Below are positions 58,081-64,000 of a stretch of DNA of 64,000 bases, one piece after another. The DNA comes from Methanomassiliicoccaceae archaeon. GTDB lineage: Archaea; Thermoplasmatota; Thermoplasmata; Methanomassiliicoccales; Methanomassiliicoccaceae. The position numbers and the translations under genes are program-made. The stretch lies in the NCBI GenBank assembly GCA_040776945.1, contig JAXGZN010000002.1:96001-160000 (forward strand). Reading direction: 5' to 3'. Position 1 is the first letter of the stretch. Each line of letters opens with the position of its first letter. Below the pieces are notes generated by a model. It did no database searches. It was not told the DNA's origin and saw nothing but the letters and a program-made list of their open reading frames with translations.

Positions 58081-58440
58081 ATGCTCCGGATGAAGCGGGC
58101 GTACGAGGAACCCACCGCGGAGGACGGCACCCGGGTGCTGGTGGAGAGGCTGTGGCCCAGAGGCGTGAGCAAGGAACGGGCGAAGATCGACATATGGTGC
58201 AAGGATGTCGCGCCGTCCGCCGAGCTTAGGAAGTGGTATTCCCACGACCGGTCCAAATGGGGGGAGTTCAGAAAGCGATACCTCGCCGAGCTGGAGGGGA
58301 ACGGGAAGGTGGGCTCATTAAAAAGAATGGCAGAAGGCCGCACGGTGACCCTGGTGTTCTCCACCAAGGACGCCGAGATAAGCGGTGCAAGAGTGCTCCT
58401 GGACCTGCTGGCCGGAGATGAGGACCAAGTTGTTTTATAG
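58081..58440 (+). CDS. DUF488/YeaO family protein
   Basis: KRAYE...DG.RVLVERLWPRGVSKE, APSAELRKWY.HD, F..RY..EL. Confidence 0.92.
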   Translation: MLRMKRAYEEPTAEDGTRVLVERLWPRGVSKERAKIDIWCKDVAPSAELRKWYSHDRSKWGEFRKRYLAELEGNGKVGSLKRMAEGRTVTLVFSTKDAEISGARVLLDLLAGDEDQVVL

Positions 58441-58476
58441 GCACGTTCCTATATGCTAACAGACAAGGGATAAGGA

Positions 58477-58668
58477 TTGGCGGAAGGGGAGCAGCTTAGA
58501 AAGGTCGTGGAGATGTTCGATCCTTTCGGGCGCGAGGTATTCGATCCTGCCCAAGCATCCAGAGCGATCACCTCCTACTACGACCAGGAGGGCAGGTTGG
58601 TCCGCAGAACGCTTGGGAAGGCAGTGATACTCTCGCCCGATGGCAAGGACGTTGGCGGCCGTTCCTAG
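58477..58668 (+). CDS. Small hypothetical protein (63 aa)
   Basis: TTG start after AAGGA. Codon usage similar to host genes. Confidence 0.5.
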   Translation: MAEGEQLRKVVEMFDPFGREVFDPAQASRAITSYYDQEGRLVRRTLGKAVILSPDGKDVGGRS

Positions 58669-58943
58669 GCGCGCTGTCCACCAAAAGAACGGGCCGGGGG
58701 CCACTGGAATGGATCAGCAGGGCAGCATATCCCCTTGTCACATTTATAGAATTTCTGCCCTCCGATCCCCAGAAAGAGGCTCCCGGGCTGAATTTATTTA
58801 TAATATATAAAATTAAAATTCTGATTCAACTCTTATATGGAACGTGATAATCGTAGCTCTCGTTCTTGATAACCAGGAGAGAACGTAGTTAAAGAGCGTA
58901 ACCGAAATCAGGGCTGCGTAGAACGCAAAGGGATGGACATAAA

Positions 58944-59384
58944 ATGAACATGACCTTTGATGAGTTCCTTGCCTTGGCCAAGAAGTACCAGGCCATCGGC
59001 AGCTCAGCACAGAGCCTGCTCGATGACATCCGCCGGGGGCCCTACCGGGTCCAGGACGGTGTCCGCCTCAGGCAGCTCTACGAGTTCCTTCTGGACCTTC
59101 AGAGCGTGCAGGACGACCAGAAGGACGTGAACGAGGCCGTTGCCACCGTCGGAAACCTCCTCGCAGAGTACCAGAACGAGGAAGACGAGAGGATCGTCTG
59201 CGAGAAGTGGGTGCCTGAGAAAGGCTTTCCCGGTGCGACCTTGTGGCTGCAACGTGAGGACTCCAAATGGGCCATCGCTCCCTCGCCGAAGGAGGGCGTT
59301 TGCCTGGGAAAGTGCGTCAAGGACCTTGGCACGCACAAGTGGTTCGACAAGCCGCTCCCCCTGCTGGTCGACGGCGTGCGCTGA
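58944..59384 (+). CDS. Hypothetical protein (146 aa)
   Basis: ATG start downstream of an AT-rich promoter-like region, with strong GC3 bias. No recognisable family. Confidence 0.7.
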   Translation: MNMTFDEFLALAKKYQAIGSSAQSLLDDIRRGPYRVQDGVRLRQLYEFLLDLQSVQDDQKDVNEAVATVGNLLAEYQNEEDERIVCEKWVPEKGFPGATLWLQREDSKWAIAPSPKEGVCLGKCVKDLGTHKWFDKPLPLLVDGVR

Positions 59385-59489
59385 TCCCAAACCCTTTACC
59401 CCCACCATTTTATCATATTCTCTCGTAGCTCCCTCAACGAATCCCCCATCCCAATGGAGGTCATGCGGCCGGAACCGTGGGCGCAGGGA

Positions 59490-61667
59490 TCAGGCGATAC
59501 GGCGCAGGGCGATGGCGCACTGCCCGCTGGATATGCCTCCGTCGCCGTTCGGGAGCCTTTCCGGGCAGATGAACTCGAGGCCATGGGCGAGGACCATCCG
59601 TTCGGTGAGCGAAGAAATTACGCCATTATAGGAAACGCCTCCGGTAAGGCCCACCGAGCCCAAGCCTCTCCGCGCCGCCTCGTCCGCGGCCGCCTCCACA
59701 AGGGGCTCGAGCACTGCGGACACATAGGTCAAGGCGAGATCCTCGCGCGTTCCCTTCATCTCCCTCAGCTCCTGGAAAAGCGGCACCGTCATAACCGTAC
59801 CGTTGACGCGCTCAGCCTTCAGGCCTTCGATGACCCGGCCCTTTTCCAGCAATGCCTCGAGCTTCATGGCCGGCTCTCCGTCATAGGTGCGCTTCTGGCA
59901 CACGCCGAAGTAGCAGGAAAGAGCGTCGAGCAACCGTCCGAACCCGCTGCTGGTCTTGCTGCTGGGCATGATCTTCCTGAGGACCGCGGCCTGTTCGTCG
60001 TTGAAATAGCCGCTCGGCCGCCCGGCCATCTCGTCCATGGCGAAGACCAGACGGCAGGGGTCCCGGACCGCCTTCTCTCCTCCCAGAAGAGGAATGGCCT
60101 GGATGTGCGCCACGCGGTCGTAGGATAGGAGATCGGCCCTCAGCACCTCGCCTCCCCAGGCCTGCCCGTCTGCGCCGTAACCGGTCCCGTCGAGGGTCAG
60201 CGCCACGATCTCCTCCACGCCAGCGTCGACCATCAATGCGGCGGCGTGGGCCCAATGATGCTGGACCTCCACCAGCTCAGCCCTCTCGCGGTAGGCGATG
60301 GAAGCGCCTAGCTTGCGGTTGCTGTAGCCCGGGTGCAGGTCCACCGCCACCGCCTGGACCTTGTCCACGCCCAGCATCTGTCGGAAGTGCCGCACCGAAG
60401 AGTCCAGGAAGTCGATGACCCCCAGGGAATCGCCGTCCCCGATATACTGGGTGGTGAACATGCGGCCGTCCTTGGCCACCGCTCCGCAGAGGTTCTCCTG
60501 GCCCCCAAGGCCGATGGCGGCCCCTTTCAAGGGGACGTCGATCGCCGACGGTATGTGCCCCCTGGAGCGGCGGATGAAGTAGGTGTGCCTCCCGAAGGCC
60601 CTGACCACTGAATCATCGCAGCGGTTGATGATCTCCCGGTCATGCATGAGGTAGGCGTCCGCGCCAAGGTCCAGGGCGTCCGCGTCCCTGAGGACCATGG
60701 GCTCACCGGGAACGTTCGCGGAGGTCATTACCAACGCGTCGTCCTCGAGGTGCCGGAACAGCAGATGATGCATCCCTGCGTACGGAAGGAAGAGCCCGAC
60801 CGTGCTCAGTCCCGGAGAGACGGCCTCCATGATCTCACTGGGCCGCTTGCGCACCAGGACCACCGGGCGATGCGGCGAGCTCAGGAGCTCCTCCTCGAAG
60901 TCCGTAGGCTCGCTGTATCGCCTAACGGCCTCCATGTCCCGGACCATGATGGCGAACGGCTTCTCCTTCCGGCGATACCACTCCCGTAGCCGGGGGAGCG
61001 TTCCAAGGGTGGTGCAGATGTGCATGCCGCCCCAGCTTTTGGCTATTCCTATGCCGCCCTCCCGCAGCAGTCGGGCGAAACCCTCCATAGGATCGCCTTC
61101 CAGCACCTTTCCCTTGCGGTCCAGCAGATAATAGGAAGGTCCGCAGTGAGGGCACGATATCGTCTGGTGGTGAAAGCGTCGGGCCGAAGGGTCGTCGTAC
61201 TCGTTGCGGCAGTCGGGGTCCATGGGGAAGTCTCGCATGGAGGTGTTCTCGCGGTCGTACGGAAGATCGATGATCACCGTATACCTGGCCCCGCAGTTCG
61301 TGCAGTTTGTGAAAGGATAAAGGTAGCGGCGGTCAGAGGGATCGAACATCTCTCTCAGGCAGTCGTCGCAGACCGCGGTGTCGTTGGGGATGCCCACGCC
61401 TCTCTGCCCTGCCTCGCTGGGCACGATCCGGAAACCTGTCCCCAAGGCCTCTTCCGACGGCACAATCTCCACCGAGTCCAAGCGGGCGAGGGGCGGCAGC
61501 TCCGCCCTAAGCCGGCGGACGAGCTCGTCCGCGTGGCGGTCGACCACCACCACGACGTTGGATCCGTTGTTCTGGACATAGCCCCGCAGGCCCATGGAGG
61601 TGGCGATGCGGTACACAGTGGGGCGGAAGCCTACGCCCTGGACTATGCCGTGAACGATGATCTTCAT
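59490..61667 (-). CDS. hypF: Hydrogenase maturation carbamoyltransferase
   Basis: GIVQGVGFRP, CDDC/CTNCG zinc fingers, DLHPGY, VQHHWAH, DGTGYG, GDGGIS.GQ. Confidence 0.96.
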   Translation of the reverse strand: MKIIVHGIVQGVGFRPTVYRIATSMGLRGYVQNNGSNVVVVVDRHADELVRRLRAELPPLARLDSVEIVPSEEALGTGFRIVPSEAGQRGVGIPNDTAVCDDCLREMFDPSDRRYLYPFTNCTNCGARYTVIIDLPYDRENTSMRDFPMDPDCRNEYDDPSARRFHHQTISCPHCGPSYYLLDRKGKVLEGDPMEGFARLLREGGIGIAKSWGGMHICTTLGTLPRLREWYRRKEKPFAIMVRDMEAVRRYSEPTDFEEELLSSPHRPVVLVRKRPSEIMEAVSPGLSTVGLFLPYAGMHHLLFRHLEDDALVMTSANVPGEPMVLRDADALDLGADAYLMHDREIINRCDDSVVRAFGRHTYFIRRSRGHIPSAIDVPLKGAAIGLGGQENLCGAVAKDGRMFTTQYIGDGDSLGVIDFLDSSVRHFRQMLGVDKVQAVAVDLHPGYSNRKLGASIAYRERAELVEVQHHWAHAAALMVDAGVEEIVALTLDGTGYGADGQAWGGEVLRADLLSYDRVAHIQAIPLLGGEKAVRDPCRLVFAMDEMAGRPSGYFNDEQAAVLRKIMPSSKTSSGFGRLLDALSCYFGVCQKRTYDGEPAMKLEALLEKGRVIEGLKAERVNGTVMTVPLFQELREMKGTREDLALTYVSAVLEPLVEAAADEAARRGLGSVGLTGGVSYNGVISSLTERMVLAHGLEFICPERLPNGDGGISSGQCAIALRRIA

Positions 61668-61757
61668 GTCCAGATTTCAACGCTGGGGAATTATAAAGAA
61701 GTTGTTGGGCAAGGAATATTAACGCGTTATCGGTTGGACCTGCAGAGGAAGAGAGCG

Positions 61758-62147
61758 ATGGCAGGCACAAGTGTCGTCAAGGACGAGCTGAGGTACACGG
61801 CCGACCATGAGTGGGTCAAGGTCGAGAACGGTAACGCCAGGGTCGGCATCACCGACCACGCCCAGAGCGAGCTTACCGAGATCGTGTTCATCGAGCTGCC
61901 CAAGAAGGGAAAGAAGCTGAAGAAAGGGGAACTGCTCGCGCAGCTGGAGAGCGTGAAGACCGTGGCGTCCGTGTACGCTCCGGTGGCCGGGGAGGTCGTG
62001 GAGGTCAACTCCGCTCTTGAGGACGCGACCCAGAGCGTCAACGAGTCCCCGTACGGGGAAGGATGGCTGGCGGTGATCAAGATGGACGATCCGGCCTCGG
62101 CAGGCGCCCTCTTGGACGCCGCGTCCTACAGGAAGCTCCTGGGATAG
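61758..62147 (+). CDS. gcvH: Glycine cleavage system H protein (lipoyl carrier)
   Basis: YTADHEWV, GITDHAQ, ESVKT (lipoyl-Lys), NESPYGEGWL. Start ATG 61758. Confidence 0.93.
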   Translation: MAGTSVVKDELRYTADHEWVKVENGNARVGITDHAQSELTEIVFIELPKKGKKLKKGELLAQLESVKTVASVYAPVAGEVVEVNSALEDATQSVNESPYGEGWLAVIKMDDPASAGALLDAASYRKLLG

Positions 62148-62167
62148 GGGCCGGCGGCCGCGCCCGT

Positions 62168-62953
62168 TCAGATGCCCGCGTCCTTCAAGGTATGGGGGCA
62201 GACGCACGCGGTCCTCTCGGCCGGAATCAGGGGAAGGACAGCGGCGATCAGCCTCTGCACCTTTCCCACGTTCTCCTCCATCACCTTTATGATGGTAGCG
62301 ATGTCCACGACCTCCGGGGACCAAACGTCATAGTCGGTGATGGTGGCCAGTGAAGAGTAGCACATATCCATCTCCCTGGCCAGCTGGCACTCCGGCACCA
62401 GGGTCATCCCGATGATGTCGGCGAACTGGCGGTACATCCTCGACTCGGCCCGGGTGGAGAACCGCGGCCCCTCGATGCAGACATAGGTCCCGCCCATATG
62501 GTGCCTTATGCCTAGGCGCGCCGCCTCCTTGGCGAAGAGCGCGCTCATCTCTTGGCAGAAAGGATCGGCCATGGAGATATGGACGGTCTTGGATCCGTCA
62601 TAGAACGTGTAACTCCTTCCTCTGGTCTGGTCGATGAACTGGTCGACGATGACCAGGTCCCCCGGCCTGTACTCCTCCTTGAGGGAGCCGACCGCGCAGG
62701 GCGAGATTATGCGCTCGACCCCCAGCTGCTTCAAGGCCCATATGTTCGCCCGGTAGTTCACCATGTGCGGCGGAAGGACATGCCCGGTCCCGTGACGCGA
62801 AAGGAACGCCACCTCTGTGCCTCCCATCTCACCTACCAGGACGGCGTCCGACGGGGCCCCGTAGGGGGTGGACATTCTGATCCGGTCCTTGACCTTGAAG
62901 GCCTGGGGATCGTACACTCCGGTGCCGCCGATGATGCCTATTCGTGGTGACAT
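62168..62953 (-). CDS. mtaP: S-methyl-5'-thioadenosine phosphorylase
   Basis: GIIGGTG, RHG..H, NYRANIWAL, EGPRFSTRAES, GMT..PE, TDYD. Confidence 0.92.
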   Translation of the reverse strand: MSPRIGIIGGTGVYDPQAFKVKDRIRMSTPYGAPSDAVLVGEMGGTEVAFLSRHGTGHVLPPHMVNYRANIWALKQLGVERIISPCAVGSLKEEYRPGDLVIVDQFIDQTRGRSYTFYDGSKTVHISMADPFCQEMSALFAKEAARLGIRHHMGGTYVCIEGPRFSTRAESRMYRQFADIIGMTLVPECQLAREMDMCYSSLATITDYDVWSPEVVDIATIIKVMEENVGKVQRLIAAVLPLIPAERTACVCPHTLKDAGI

Positions 62954-63054
62954 GAGGCTGCCGATATCTCCCAGGCTAAATAAATCGATGGTCCCATGAG
63001 CGAAGGAAGAATACGAGGCTTTTTTATTCGGGTCCATCATCCCAGGGCACGGGC

Positions 63055-63576
63055 ATGACGGTCAAGATCGAGATGAACCCGGTCCGTGGCATAAGGACCT
63101 TTCCCGCCTTTCCGGTAGTTCTGGCGGTCGTCGGCAAGGAGGAGAGGAACATCATCACCTTAGCCCTCGTGCACGTGTTCTCCTTCAACCCGCCGCTGAT
63201 AGGCGTCGGGATCATGCCCTCTCGGCACAGCCATGAGCTCTTTCACCGCTCGCCGGACTTCAGCATAAACATTCCTGGAAAGGAGCTCGTGGAGGAGGTC
63301 ATTTTCTGCGGGGAGAGGTCGGGCAAGGACGTCGACAAGTTCGAGGAGACCGGCATGACCCCCATCCCCGGCAAGAAGATCGAGACCCCCTCGATCGATG
63401 AATGCCTGGTGAACTTCGAATGCCGGAAGGTCCAGACCTTCGACACCGGCGACCATACCTGGTTCATCGGGGAGGTGGTCACAGCTCGTACCGTCGAGGG
63501 CTACGACCGGGAGCGGGCGCTCATATACTGGGCAGGGGAGTTCCGAACTCTCGGGGAGATAATCAGGGGCCGATGA
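63055..63576 (+). CDS. Flavin reductase-like (flavoredoxin) FMN-binding protein
   Basis: PVVL, NPPLIGV, SG..VDKF, ECR, GDHTWFIGEV. Confidence 0.9.
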   Translation: MTVKIEMNPVRGIRTFPAFPVVLAVVGKEERNIITLALVHVFSFNPPLIGVGIMPSRHSHELFHRSPDFSINIPGKELVEEVIFCGERSGKDVDKFEETGMTPIPGKKIETPSIDECLVNFECRKVQTFDTGDHTWFIGEVVTARTVEGYDRERALIYWAGEFRTLGEIIRGR

Positions 63577-64000
63577 CGCCGTTCACGAACGACCCGTTGG
63601 AGGAATGGGCCGTCCATTGCCAGCGCCGGGCCGCCGAGATATCCCTGGACAGCAGCGGGGCGCCCCCGCCGTTCGGCGACCCCGCATGGGAGGCGGTGAG
63701 GTTCTCCCCCGCCAACAACGAGGCCGAGGCAGAGGGCAGACTGAAGGAGGCGCTGTCCCGTGCCTACGGGGTGGACGAGGACATGATCGCCCTGGCCCAG
63801 GGTGCGCAGCACGCCGGCTTCCTTTTCTTCCTCTCCCATTTACGGCCCGGGGACCTTGCGGCGGTGGAGAACCCCACGTTCATGCCCATCCGGAGACAGG
63901 TGGAGCATCTGGGCCGCGCGCTCGCCTTCGACCGCTGCCCGGAAAGCTCTTACGTGCCCCGCCGGGAACAGGTCGAAGGCCTGCTGTCCAAGGGGGCCAG
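63573..64000 (+). CDS. 5' part of a class I/II PLP-dependent aminotransferase (truncated by window edge)
   Basis: ATGA overlap with the upstream stop. Frame reads MTPFTNDPLEEW...LKEALSRAYGVDEDMIALAQGAQHA...PGDLAAVENPTF. Confidence 0.8.
   Translation, partial: MTPFTNDPLEEWAVHCQRRAAEISLDSSGAPPPFGDPAWEAVRFSPANNEAEAEGRLKEALSRAYGVDEDMIALAQGAQHAGFLFFLSHLRPGDLAAVENPTFMPIRRQVEHLGRALAFDRCPESSYVPRREQVEGLLSKGA

Noticed and set aside
61020-61757. Long N-terminal extension of gcvH in the ORF track
   Set aside because: Overlaps hypF antisense. GcvH homology starts at ATG 61758 behind a TATA-like region.
1-64000. CRISPR arrays, IS elements, integrases, rRNA, pyrrolysine read-through genes
   Set aside because: No regularly spaced repeats, transposase/integrase motifs, rRNA-like tracts or split ORFs joined by TAG were seen by eye. 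A computational scan would be needed to exclude short or degenerate cases.

Overview
GC-rich, gene-dense archaeal chromosomal segment. Gene content (pyrB/pyrI, arcS, rpoL, ATP-dependent ligase, helicase-only Hef, herA-mre11-rad50, dph5, trm5, hypF, cbiZ-cobZ fusion, archaeal cobT/cobY, ADP-forming acetate-CoA ligase) suggests a Thermoplasmatota member, most likely Methanomassiliicoccales (inference, no database search run). I call about 60 CDS and one tRNA-Gly(TCC). I see no CRISPR array, transposase, integrase or rRNA. Main blocks: a regulator plus TusA/DsrE sulfur-relay operon next to arcS; a 1590-aa TPR protein; a SRAP-Hef-ligase DNA-repair cluster; a herA-mre11-rad50 operon without nurA; a surface-glycan cluster; an interlocked ftsZ-like/dph5/trm5/dcd block; a corrinoid uptake/salvage operon; hypF, gcvH and mtaP. 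Most notable signals: (1) conserved N-termini of rad50, cobY and possibly herA begin at near-cognate codons (ATC, GTT, ACG) placed behind SD-like motifs; (2) PIP-box-like motifs in Hef, ligase, DUF72 and perhaps SRAP, suggesting a PCNA-coordinated abasic-site/fork repair module; (3) a degenerate FtsZ paralogue; (4) a divergent phosphoglycerate-mutase-like gene beside cobT; (5) several structured intergenic ncRNA candidates. All functional calls rest on motif recognition by eye.
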